From Octopus vulgaris (taxonomy: Eukaryota), in assembly GCA_951406725.2 (NCBI GenBank), contig OX597822.1, positions 109,430,001-109,494,000 of the forward strand: a DNA stretch of 64,000 nucleotides. Reading direction: 5' to 3'. A program made the position numbers and the translations under genes. Shown piece after piece: positions 1 to 12,291 of the stretch. Below the pieces are notes generated by a model that had not been told where the DNA came from, did not search any database, and worked only from the letters and a program-made list of their open reading frames with translations. The first letter of the stretch is position 1. Every line of letters begins with the position of its first letter.

Positions 1-750
1 TTAGGGGTCATGTGGTTGCAGAAATTGTCTGATAGCTATGACTGGGTTCCCCTGATGGTGAGACATGAGCTACTGTCATGTTGCCAAACATAAGGTCATC
101 CAGCAGTCACTCTCTTGACCCTGGGAGGCACAACCTCTTGCAGGCACTTGATGTAGGTCTCCATGTTGAGTCTGAGATCGTGTGGGAAGATGAATGGAGG
201 CACAGCGTTACCATCACTAGCGATCACTCCAAACACCATTATGTCGACTGGAATTTTGACGTTTTAACAATCTCGATACATGTTTTGGGGATACTGCAAG
301 CTGATAATTGTTCTGTGTGTTCACCATCTCACACTGGTAGAATTTTTCTCGTCGGAACAAAATAAAACTAAAGCATGTTTAGTTGGAGGGGGTGCTTGAG
401 TTGTCCAAAAGCTTCGTAGCGCAGTCTTTCCACTTGACTAGTCTTTGCAGGTTTGGGATCTTTGTCAATCATGTTGTCAATTGCTGGATCTCACAAACAT
501 ATTCACGAGTTCTTTTCTTATCAGAATGATCTGAGTGAGTTTTCCGATCTGCTGTACCTTCGTAATCGTCTTTTGACTCATTCAACTCTTCCCAAATCCT
601 CTGCAGTCTCCTCAGATTGACATCTAAACACTCTGAAATGTTAGTATTGGAACTTCCAGCACGTATGCCAACCTGTACCTCATGTCGTTTCCAAAATTCT
701 GGAAGTGTTAATTGCGTCGTGGTGTTGTTTTTCTCACACACGGTGCTCAA
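1..750 (-). mobile_element. Decayed Tc1/mariner-superfamily transposase (runs off window start)
   Basis: HTH-like ORF 469-750. Minus strand of 1-240 reads MVFGVIASDGNAVPPFIFPHDLRLNMETYIKCLQEVV...G*PYVWQHDS, a DDE/D core with stops. Confidence 0.75.
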
Positions 751-964
751 CTGATCCTAGCCAGAAATTGCTAGTCCTGTGCCAACATTAAATACAAGTA
801 GTTTCTGATGGAATACAATTCTCTCTGTAAGGTTAAATAATACATCACTGGTTGATTTCACATTGTTGATTTCACTTAGAAGAAGCTCACCATTGACCGA
901 GCATATCAATAAGTAGGTGTATTCAGGCGAATATGTTCGCAATATTTTTGTTTTCCTACGACAG

Positions 965-1032
965 TGCATCTGGCATGATAATATGCAATACGGTTGTCTT
1001 CTCTTAAGAGATTTGTCGTTCCTTTCCGGAAG
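965..1032 (+). CDS. Candidate upstream exon of the same receptor
   Basis: Acceptor ttttgttttcctacgacag| and donor aag|gtaatt. Open frame CIWHDNMQYGCLLLRDLSFLSG (ATG at 983) ends in phase 2, matching exon A. Weak as a signal peptide. Confidence 0.25.
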
Positions 1033-1151
1033 GTAATTTAGAGTCGACTAATTCCTGATTTTCCTTTGAATGGACGAAAGAATAATCAATATTTATTTTC
1101 CATGTGAAACCACTTGTATTTAATATGTGTATTCCATGTTAACCCAGTTGA

Positions 1152-1285
1152 ATTTAATTTTGGCACAAGGCTAGGTATTTTTGGGGAAGAATAATTCGTT
1201 TTCATTGACCCCAGTGTTTAACTGGTCCCTATTTCAAAGAACCCGAAGCGATGAAATGCACAGTCGACCTCGACGGAACTGGAAA
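1152..1285 (-). mobile_element. Degenerate SINE family B fragment
   Basis: gaccccagtg..actggt...gatgaaatgcacagtcgacctcgacggaa is similar to the copy at 27786-27999. Confidence 0.65.
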
Positions 1286-1720
1286 CTTATATGCAATAAT
1301 AAAAACTATACGTACTGTTTGTCATTTCCACTTACTACACCAATATAACTATGCGTAGCATATTTAAATTTGTTTGTTGAAGAACGCTCTCCATGAGCCG
1401 TTAAATACGGCGGTTAGATCGTTCTTGCATGGCGTAGGTCCTGAATTAAAATTGTTATGAAATTGAAATACTAATAAATATAAACCGCAGAGCACTGATA
1501 TATTGGTATGAAAGTTCAAACCTTAGTTGTTCTGTTTGTTTTTCGAACCATGAATGTCTAGTTTCCATTTGGGAATGTTGTATACAATTGATAATTTCCA
1601 CTTAAATAACTTAATGCAAGTTTGTAAGTAACAAATTAATGACCATTTATATTATTTGGAAACTTTTTAAATATTTTAATATGTAATATTTCGTTCACGT
1701 TTATTTATTATTTCTTACAG

Positions 1721-1818
1721 TGCATCAGGTGTGTCAGGAGTTACAAAGAAACAAGTTACCCAACTTTTGGATAATCTACTAATAAATTACAACAAAGGAT
1801 TCCGCCCTGGTCATGGTG
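1721..1818 (+). CDS. Cys-loop ligand-gated ion channel subunit (GABA-A alpha-like/Grd-like), coding exon A (N-terminal helix)
   Basis: Acceptor tttcttacag|t and donor ggtg|gtaaga. Translates (x)ASGVSGVTKKQVTQLLDNLLINYNKGFRPGHG(G), matching the 'LLD.LL..Y...LRP..GG' start of GABA/Gly receptors. Ends in phase 1, compatible with exon B. Confidence 0.9.
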
Positions 1819-2158
1819 GTAAGAAGCCTGCCAGTTGTTTTCTTTTAAATCTATTATAGTAAATTAATTTCTCTGTCATTTTCTATCTACCATCTGTTTA
1901 TTCTTTTTATATTTTCTATACTTTTAACCCGACTACTACTATAGATTAATGAAAGAGCCTTAATATTTTTTCTCCTTCACATGCATTTCACGTACATATC
2001 TTTATTATTGCCTGAAACTTTGCTTTGCTTTATTCATTTTAATTTCTAATAAGATGCATTTGACAGAACAAAATATAAACTGTTCATTGAATGAATAAAT
2101 AATAAATAGAATAAATTATAAACAGTTGATTGCAACGAAGCTTGCTTTCTTCTTGCTG

Positions 2159-2322
2159 TTAGCATTACGAAATATATCTAAAAAGTTAGCATTACGAAAT
2201 ATATCTAAAAAGTTAGCATTATGAAATATATCTAAAAAGTTAGCATTATGAAATATATCTAAAAAGTTAGCATTATGAAATATATCTAAAAAGTTAGCAT
2301 TATGAAATATATCCAAAAAGTT
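2159..2322. repeat. 27-bp minisatellite, 6 copies
   Basis: Unit agcatta(c/t)gaaatatatctaaaaagtt starts at 2161, 2188, 2215, 2242, 2269 and 2296. Confidence 0.95.
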
Positions 2323-3008
2323 TTTCCCTAACAGGGCATGTTTTAACAAAATCAAATGTAGCATTTTCCACTTTTGACTAACAGCTACAAAACACCAGGA
2401 AATGTGTGTATGGGGGGGTGTTATAAAAATAATATACTTAAGATTTACGAATAACTAGCTAAACTCAATGTCTGATATTGTAAAACAGACGATAGGTCGA
2501 CGAACACATTATAGTATCTTATTTTGACGTCAATATGGTAGATGATATCTAATAAAGTGCATAAATAAATATTTCTTCATTTCCTGTTTAATTTTCAGAA
2601 GCTAGCCAAATTGAGGTGCAAACTTTAAAATACATGCGTGCATTGTGTTGTACTGGGAATTTTTCTGCATAATGTAGAATGTTATATGGCACTGCACATA
2701 TTTTCAGTGTTTGAACTTTAAGCGGTATTTCTCTGGACTGCTCTCTTAATGATATATGGTCAAGGTGGGATATACATCATGTGCTTAGAAACGGTACTGA
2801 TCATTAATCTGCATGTAAAAACGTTCAGTACATTGGTATTAGTATTATTACAAAATGAGAGAAAAATTACTTCTTGTTCTTGTAAACAGAATCTTGTGCT
2901 AATCATTCTGTGTTTATAAAAGCAGCAGTCAAATGTTCCTTTCTCTTTATGTAGAAAAATTATTTAAAATAAGTTACCTTAGTTATCTATCTATCTATCA
3001 ATCTAGCT

Positions 3009-3045
<37 letters not shown>

Positions 3046-3753
3046 AACACACACACACACAAACACACACACACAGAAACACACACACACAGAAACACAC
3101 ACACACATATATATATACACATAAATATATTGCGTTGCTATACCCAACTAAATTCCGGCATGACCTCTTTTTTTGCCCAAAACGTGTGATTATCTGCAAG
3201 TACCGAAACTAGGTATGTTACAGTAAACATTAAATTAATCTATTAAACTAACTAAACATTCACTGTTAGAAATTAAGAATGACATAATCCGGCATAAATA
3301 AAAAGATTATCAATAAAATTCGTTCTATTAAGTATCCCTATCATGTCAGTTGTTTGTTCAAAGTCCAAATATGATGGCGTTTTTATGATAAAACTCTATC
3401 ACATCATTCTTTCAAACATTTGGACTGACTAATTTTTGATTCTGTCTCTACCTTTTCACATCACGAAATTGCATTCAGCATAAGGTACAAAAGCACATTG
3501 GATTTATTGTAATTGAATAATGTAATTCAGTAGTAAGTAAGATTTCAAAAATATATCCTGGGGATGTACCAACTGAATATACTTTATAAAAGCGTATTTA
3601 GAGTTATTAACGCAAAGTATAATAAATGTCTAGAATATATTTCAGTCGTGTTCATTTGAGCAAGCAAAATTTGGACATCATCGAGTATTGTGACATGCCT
3701 GGCGATTATACCATTTGCATATTATTTATTTGCATGAAGGTCCTGTCACACAC

Positions 3754-3874
<121 letters not shown>

Positions 3875-5280
3875 AGAAGGTACACCTTTCATTGTCTATG
3901 CGCTTCTTAATGTATACACAGGCAATACACACACACACATATTAATCTTTGTTTGGCGACAAATGTTGTTCAATATTATTCAGAAGTATCCGTGATATTT
4001 ATTTTTAAAATATGATATACATTGAGAGACTTAATAGTGAGGCACAGAAAAAAACTGCAGCTGATGAGTGGAAAGCAATAAAAGATTTTTGTTTCTATTC
4101 ACAGAGAATGATATGTTAAAGAAATCATTGCGCTTCACATTTTATTTTCCCCTACAACTGCGTAACCTCTGTACGTTTAGCCCGTGGTAAAATATTTTCG
4201 AGCTTGATGCTCTTTGTTTCCGTTCTTTTGCAACCCATTTTCAACATCAGCATAGTCTGTGTTATGATGCTTTCTGTGACAGTTTCTTTGTCGCATATGA
4301 TCTTTTTTCATTTTGCTTTTTTTCTCTTCTAGTTTAGTAGCTTACTTTCTGTTTATCAAAGCGAACTGACTATCTTTGATGCCATATATCCACCCTCCCC
4401 ACAGAAAAAAGACAAAAATTAATGCAAGCCTTGCATGTTATTAACTCTAGGGAAACTACAAGGTACGTTACCACAGATATATAATATCAGTTCCTATTAA
4501 CATCAAATATTTTGTAGTTCACAAACTTTTGACTTTGAAAGACAAACCGTTTAATGTTATTGTGTGCGTTGGTTGTATAATTTATGTTATATTTTATTGT
4601 TCTTTTGCATGATAATATAACTAGAAATAGAAAGGTCGTTCACACAGCTATTTATGTTATATTTATTCTCTTATAAGGCTCACATATTTTTACAAAATTG
4701 TTTGGAAACTGATGAGTATTGATCTCTTCTGTTAATGCATACATCTACGAAGACGTTAATGTGAACATCAACTGTATACTCAACACACCTATGGTTCATT
4801 TTAAGTGATTCAGGTCGTAATGTATCTCACAGCAAAGCTACATACATAAGCTGACTATGTACACATATTCATACGCATAGGCACATTCACAGCACCACAT
4901 ATACCTGTGTGTGTATGTGTGTATGTATATTTATATCTATATCATATATTGATCTCTCTCTCTCTCTCTGTCTCTCTCTCTGTTTCTCTCTCACTCTCTC
5001 TCTCTCTCTATATGTATATATAGTCCATATACGACAATACCTCTCTTCACCAGGACCCGCTTTACGAGACCCCGGGTTTACGAGTTTTATAATTAATATA
5101 AGATAATTAAACAGTCATGTTGTGTGTGTGGCAACGTCGCAACATGCAAAAACACTGGTTCTGCTGAACGTCATAAAATTTCATTGCCACTATGGGAAAG
5201 TATTGTTCTACTTTACGTGTTTTCGCTAAATCTCATATCGAAAGATCACTGTCCACACACACACACATTACACAAAGATC

Positions 5281-5749
5281 TGTCAGCTATCGCGGTTGTT
5301 ACGTTTCAAGAAACCCGCGATAAGGGAAAATCCGCGAAGTAGAAACAGTAATGTACTCTATATCTTTTATTGTTTTTTTTTTATAATTCGTACATATTTA
5401 TTTCATTATAAATTCAAAACAGTACCACAAGCTCGCATCCTGAATTTCGTTTTCCATACAGTATGTGCGATTCTTTATCTACGGTACACTACGTATTTTT
5501 GTTGATATATTCAAATGTTATATAATTCAATACTGCACTGTATTTTTATCTATTAATGTATCATTTTTTAGGCGTGAAAATGCTTACTTTACCACAGAAA
5601 TAATTTAAATTTTAAAAAATATGAATATCTATCTGCTGCAGAAAGAGGCGATATACTCTTGAGTCTGCCAGATAAAGTCACATATATTAGGTAGAAAAAT
5701 CCGTGATGTGCTGAGAGTGCGATAGGTGAGCCGTGATACGACATGTGAT

Positions 5750-5750
<1 letters not shown>
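5281..5750. mobile_element. Degenerate pogo/Tigger-like MITE
   Basis: CpG-rich ends with repeated cgcgata/ccgcga motifs (atcgcggtt...ccgcgata; gcgataggtgagccgtgata) around an AT-rich core. Terminal repeats are eroded. Confidence 0.45.
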
Positions 5751-5793
<43 letters not shown>

Positions 5794-6109
5794 TAGTACG
5801 TTTAAATATTTGTTGTGCAAGATTTTTTATGTGAAGTCGTGTGTTGAAAAAGATATTGTTCACTCGGATTTTATCCCATACTATACAAAAGAAACTGGCC
5901 ACACGTTCACAGAGTTATATAGTAGTCAATGACGAAACTCGGATCAACACTTGAACAAACGAATATTTTTCTCACGTTTTCTGCAGTACCTCCCCTCTCA
6001 CCTCATCATATCAAACTCGCACACACGAACCCTTTCATATGCTGATACAAACAGATGTTTGCCAATATAGCCATGCACACACCTTCTCTTAAATTACACT
6101 CTACTGCCT

Positions 6110-6160
<51 letters not shown>

Positions 6161-6163
<3 letters not shown>

Positions 6164-6366
6164 GGGGGTATATTTGCCATCTCACTATGGCTAAGCACTA
6201 AGGGTGGTTGTTACTCTAGCTTGTAGCCCCAGGAGAACATCTCCTCCAGTTGGCTGTAGGCACAGTTTCTGTGCCCTATCGGTATTTGCAAAGGGAGGTC
6301 ATCTTTCCCTCGTCAACCTAAGTGATACGCACGGACTGTAGTTTCTGGGTGTTGACTCGTCATCAG
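6161..6366 (-). mobile_element. Short TA-embedded element with hammerhead-like core
   Basis: Flanked by (TA)n-type repeats. Minus strand of 6366-6334 reads CTGATGA cgagtcaacaccca GAAAC taca GTC. Confidence 0.5.
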
Positions 6367-6873
6367 TATATACATACATATATATATATATAATTCGGAG
6401 CTAAAACGTTGCCTAAACATTGATGCTCTGAAATTTTACAACTTACAGTTTAAATAACCGTGTTATTCATTTTAGTCCGAGATAAATCTTGCTTTAATAG
6501 AAATTATTCAACTGACTGCGATATTCACTTTTCGAACAAAAAATATGGCTATATTACAAAGTACATTACCTTATGTACGCACTTTTTTGACAGTTCGTAA
6601 GGAATACTTCTAAATGATTATTGCAGACTATTCTACCGTATTGAATATCATCTGCTATATCCTTCATCGGCACGATTTTCTTTCCCTCAGTTGTTATTCA
6701 TACTTTTAGTTTAAATTATATATGTCGCAATTTCCTGGAGAGTAACCAGAGGTTCAATGACGTCCAATGCCCAGTAAACTGGCTCCAAATAGAACGTAAG
6801 ACTTTGCTGAATATTGTAAGAGAATTCATTAATATATTTGATGTATGATAATCTTAGATAGATAAGGTCATTT

Positions 6874-6947
<74 letters not shown>

Positions 6948-6951
<4 letters not shown>

Positions 6952-7099
6952 AGAGTTTACGGAAAAAACAAAAGACGAAGACAGGTGGTGTACAAAACAA
7001 ACAGATGTATGAAAAAGCCTCTTACGTTTCGAGCCTACGCTCTTCTACAGAAAGGGACACAGAAAAAACAAGGAGAGAAAAAATGTGGGTAGTGGCTAA

Positions 7100-7142
<43 letters not shown>

Positions 7143-7310
7143 ATCCAAACAAGAAAACACATAAAGAAAATACAACAACAAGTATAGCGTTATTGGACGC
7201 TCAGGAAAGGAAAGAAAGAAGGACTTAATATTTCGAGCGGAGCTCTTCGTGAAGAAGGGAAAATGGAGGAACAACAATCACCAACGATACACACGCGGTC
7301 AGATATTGAA
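6948..7310 (-). mobile_element. Two related short Penelope-pLTR-like fragments in (TA)n, each with a degenerate minimal hammerhead
   Basis: Minus strand: ccttt CTGTAGA a GAGC gtag GCTC GAAAC GTA agagg (7055-7016) and TTCACGA a GAGC tcc GCTC GAAATATT (about 7253-7226). The fragments are separated and flanked by (TA)n. Confidence 0.55.
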
Positions 7311-7318
7311 TTGTCACA

Positions 7319-7359
<41 letters not shown>

Positions 7360-7361
<2 letters not shown>

Positions 7362-8110
7362 TATATATATATAGAATGTGTGTGCCTGTCTGTCTGTGTG
7401 TTTCCCTTAAACTTGAGAACTACACAACCAATTTCATTCAAATTTTACACATGCCTTACTTCAGGTCCATGTAGTTTCATGGGCAAAAGAAAATGTTCAA
7501 CTTCTTGCCTAGGGCGAGCCCATAGCAATATCATATCTTCTCCACTATTTCAGTATTACGTGTTAATTTCTCTATTTCATGTCAGATATTTTCACGGGCG
7601 CGAACTCATTAAAATTGAAATGGAAGAAATACAAAACTATGTCGGATTAATCACTGACAAAGACGGCGAATCTAGGATAACACCACCAAACGAAATAAAA
7701 TAGAAAAATTAAAGAAAAGACTATTGTCTATAAAGTATAAAATGTAGAGAAAAAAAAGATTTGAACACTTGGAGGAAAGCACCATCGAAAAGTTTCTTTG
7801 TAGGACTATGAAATATATCTAACCAGAGGCGGTTAATTCGCCACAATGGAAGCAAGGTTCGAGTCAATGAAGCGTGCAAGGGAATACTCGACTCGAACCT
7901 TGCAAAGTGGAAATATTTTATTTATACATTTATTTCTGGGACGTAGGACGTCCCGGATGAAAATTAAAAATGTCCCCCCAGAAGTACAGGTAGACTGGAT
8001 TGTAGCCACACTTCTATACAAGAGGGAGGACAAGATACAATTGATCGAAATTGCAAGAAACGGGCCTACAATTCCAGTCTGTTATATATTTTGAGTATTG
8101 TTATCACTAG
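7360..8110 (+). mobile_element. Possible non-autonomous Helitron-type remnant
   Basis: Starts at (TA)n with a tgtctgtctg microsatellite and caaccaatttcattcaaatttt, as in Helitron/Helentron non-autonomous elements. Ends near CTAG at 8107-8110, but no clear hairpin. Confidence 0.4.
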
Positions 8111-8250
8111 CGATATCAATATATAACTTTGTATTTTGTATTTTATGTGTAGATTTATATATATAGATATACATGTAATATGTACACATATATATACGCA
8201 TATATACATGCACTAGCACTATGACCCAGCAACGATGGGTCATAATGCTA

Positions 8251-8310
<60 letters not shown>

Positions 8311-8328
8311 ACACACAAACACAAACAC

Positions 8329-8375
<47 letters not shown>

Positions 8376-9394
8376 TGTGTCTATATTTATGTGTAAATAT
8401 CTGTATCTATATTCATACATATATATCTATAATTATATATGAAGTATATCCATATATAAAAAGGGAATTCATATATACATATCTAAATATACGTTTATGA
8501 AAACATCTACATCTACATTTATATATAGGGATGCGTGTATATGTATGAGAGCATGTGTGTATGTGTGTGTGTCTGTGTACGTGTTGCTGATTGTCTCAGC
8601 GTGTCTGTGCGAGAGTGCCTGCTTAGCTATAAAGGGTTAATTCAAGTAATACTTTGACGACCTTTGTAACTCCGTTGTTCATGTACATGAAACTGTACTT
8701 ACAAATTGAAAATATAATCATTTCCCACCTCCTACTTACACAATTAAATATTGGTATTAATCACACTTTTAATTTGTTATATCTGAGCGCTAACACATTC
8801 TAAACTACCATTTTTCTGACTTTTTGCCAAAACTATAATTAAAATATAAATCATTTTTTTTTAATGTTCTATGTTACAAATTGATTATTTATTAGAAACA
8901 TATATCACATTATTAGTTAAATAAATAGAAAAGTGCATAGATATGAATGTGTCTGTCTGCCTGTATATGTGTACGTGTGATGTGTATGTACATGTAAATA
9001 TATGTTTGTGTATACACACAAATACACACACGTGCATACACACACGCACACACACACGCGCACATTCACACACGCACACATACACAAACTTATAAGACAA
9101 TCTGTATATTCTACTTAAAATGGATGCCTCACTAAAACACCCCAAACTGCGTTATAATACATGAGAGATCCTTTTATATACATAGATGGGGGCTGCTTAT
9201 CACGCTACAATTTCGTTTGTGAGGCATATCTTTAAGCACCAAGAGTCAATATGAGGGAATATATAAAGCCTAACAACGCAGTATTCGGTGTTTTAATAAA
9301 GCATCCATGTTAAGTTGGATATTAATATCTACCTTAACATTGATGTAACATGGATATACATCCTGCGCCTATATCCAACTTCACATTGGGTATA

Positions 9395-9557
9395 GGCGCA
9401 GGAGTGGCTGAGTGTAAGAAGGTTGGTTCCCAGCCACATGGTTCCGGCTTCAGTTTCACTGCGCGGCGCCTGGAGCAAGTGTCGTCTACTATAGGTTCAG
9501 GACGAACAAAGCCTCGTGAGTGGATTTGGAAGACAGACACGGAAAGATGCCCGTTGG

Positions 9558-9592
<35 letters not shown>

Positions 9593-9820
9593 TTGTGTGT
9601 GTATGTATGTGCTCGTGTGTCTGTGTCTGTCGCCCTACCATCGCTTGACACCGATGTCGGTGTGTTTACGTCTCTGTAACTTAGTGGATTGGCAAGAGAG
9701 ACCGATAGAGTAAGTCCTACACTTACAAAGAATAGGTCCTGGGGCCCAATTGTTCGACTAAAGGCAGTGCGTCATCATATCCACACTCCAATTACTGAAA
9801 GAAATAGAAGAATAAAAGAT
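9395..9820 (+). mobile_element. tRNA-headed SINE family A (diverged copy)
   Basis: ggcgcaggagtggctg head with A/B-box-like motifs, internal (GT)n, and body shared with the copies at 14753, 35501, 57027 and 63532. Confidence 0.85.
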
Positions 9821-10233
9821 TAGTGATTACCTTTTGGTATTAAACTTGCTTCCATCTCTAATACTATATGTTTGTGTGTGTGTGTGCGTATGTGTGTGTG
9901 TGTGTATGCGTGCATGTACATGTATGTATAGAAATATAGCTATATAATATAATATACACGGACACACACGCACATACACGCACATAACTATTCTCTTGCT
10001 CCCAATACATATATCAGAATGAATTGAGCTATGTCCGTGCTTAGGCATTAATAAATGAAGCTGTGATGGGATGATGTCAATGTGAGACGGTTGCGATGTT
10101 GCTCCGACAAACTTGACTTTATGACATATAGAATTACAACTGGTCTCAGAATATACTTTCGAAATGCTGCAAATATTCTTAGAACTTTAAATAAACAATA
10201 GATAAAGGCATACGTTTTCAGGAAGAAAAAAGC

Positions 10234-10283
<50 letters not shown>

Positions 10284-10288
10284 TATAC

Positions 10289-10334
<46 letters not shown>

Positions 10335-12174
10335 GCTTGCATATTATGCATCAGAACATGCAGTTCAAAAGGCGGCATTTGATGCTACGACAGAACCTGC
10401 TAGAGAACGGTAGCACCCAGATAGAGAAAAACTGCCCTTATAAGAAAAGTGAGTGCGAACGTAAGAGTTGCTGATGCTCGACAGCCATGTTGTATTTCCT
10501 GGCGTTTGTTATGATTGAATAATAAATACACCCTCAGTTTTCTTTTTTCTAATGCAATAGAGCAACAGTTTTCTTAAAGGCAATAAATGTTACCGATGAA
10601 ACTAAATTAATTCTTAAGTTTTAAGGCAAAACTGTATTACATCTTTTTTCTTTGAAATATTATGTACATAACCATTAGAAAATACATTTCCAGTAAGGTG
10701 TTTTTACACCTGTAACAAGACAATGAACTAATTCTATGATATAATCTTTAGATCTCAACATACAAAACAAGAAACAAACACCTGTGAAGTTTTTCATTAT
10801 ATGTACAGACACGTCTGTTTTTAAATATTCCCTGCTCTCACTTCACGATGTCTTCTGGCACAAACACGCGTGTGCACATATTCACACACACTCACGCATA
10901 ATTACACACAGATACAGATACACACACGCTCACGCGCACATCGGCAGTATTACGTACAAATGCATGGTTAAATCTTGAAACATCTAAATCTTATATAGGT
11001 AGATATACTTTCCTATCTACGTATCTTAAATGATAGAAAAATGACATTTCTTATATCTTCCATTTTCTAATTTTAAAATGTCCTTTAAAATTATATGGTC
11101 GCAAGCAGCTGTCTGAAACAAGTCAAAAGAATATTATCATTGCGTTACTTACCACGTCGATAACACTTTCACTTGATTATAGAAAAAGAAGGGGTGGATA
11201 AAAAGAGAGAAGGAGAAACAAAGGGAGAGAAAAATGCCCAGGTCTTGATGTAGAGTGAATATACTTGCAACGCTTTCCCGTGATTAGTTCAATGGGAAAG
11301 AGTGGAGAAAGAAAAAGGAGAGACAGAAAGAGGATGAGGCGAAGAATGAGACAGAAAGCAGGAGAAAGAAAAAGAGGGAAAGCTATTAAGGGAATAAATT
11401 TTGCAGATTAATGCAAAGTACAGCTTCTAAATATAGCTTCTACTTCATAAGTATGCAAGAGAAAATCCCTTTCCAGGATAATCTTTAATCCCAATCCTCC
11501 CCGATTAAATTCTTTTAACTCAAGACTATACAATCTATATTTGCTGATATATGTCGGAGTACATAATCTAACGTGAATTGTTTTTTAATTGAGTGTAGTA
11601 TGAAAATAGGGAAGAGTGTAGCTCTTATCTGAGCAAATCGAACGTCAGGGTAAAAATCTACTTTAGCGACACAGGAAATTTTAGGTAGTGTTAAGCGATT
11701 ACATATCTGCTGCTTTATGACCATCGATACTCAGTGCTTCGGTAGAATTATGATTAATGACACGCCACCCGAGACCAATTCATCTTTACAATATCTACAC
11801 CACATTGTCTTATGTGCTCTTGACATGTGTCATTGACGTTTTGATACAGCTGGGTAGAGTTGAAAGGGGAATATGCCACCATTTCTGGGAAGTAAGATGA
11901 CGGGGTAGAGCCTCTTTTATTGGGAAGTGATTCTCAGGCGAAACTATTAACTAGATTATGGGATAAACTTTTAGATGTCTGAAGAAAAGAACCTGTATCA
12001 AGATGTAAAATGAAATAACCGTGCATTAGTTGATAGATTAAAATTCATTTTCGTCTCGTCAGCAATAGTTTACAAATAGCGTATTGGATATTATATATTT
12101 GTTAGCAGAGAAGTTCAACTCTTTGGAATTAACGAACTTAATATTATTATTATTATTGTTGTTGTTGTATTTTA

Positions 12175-12257
<83 letters not shown>

Positions 12258-12291
12258 ATTATTATTATTATTTTTATCATTATTATCATCA

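Noticed and set aside
2159-2322. CRISPR-like array or NFLDIFHNA repeat protein
   Set aside because: Units are contiguous with no spacers, the context is eukaryotic, and the ORF is a by-product of the 27-bp period.
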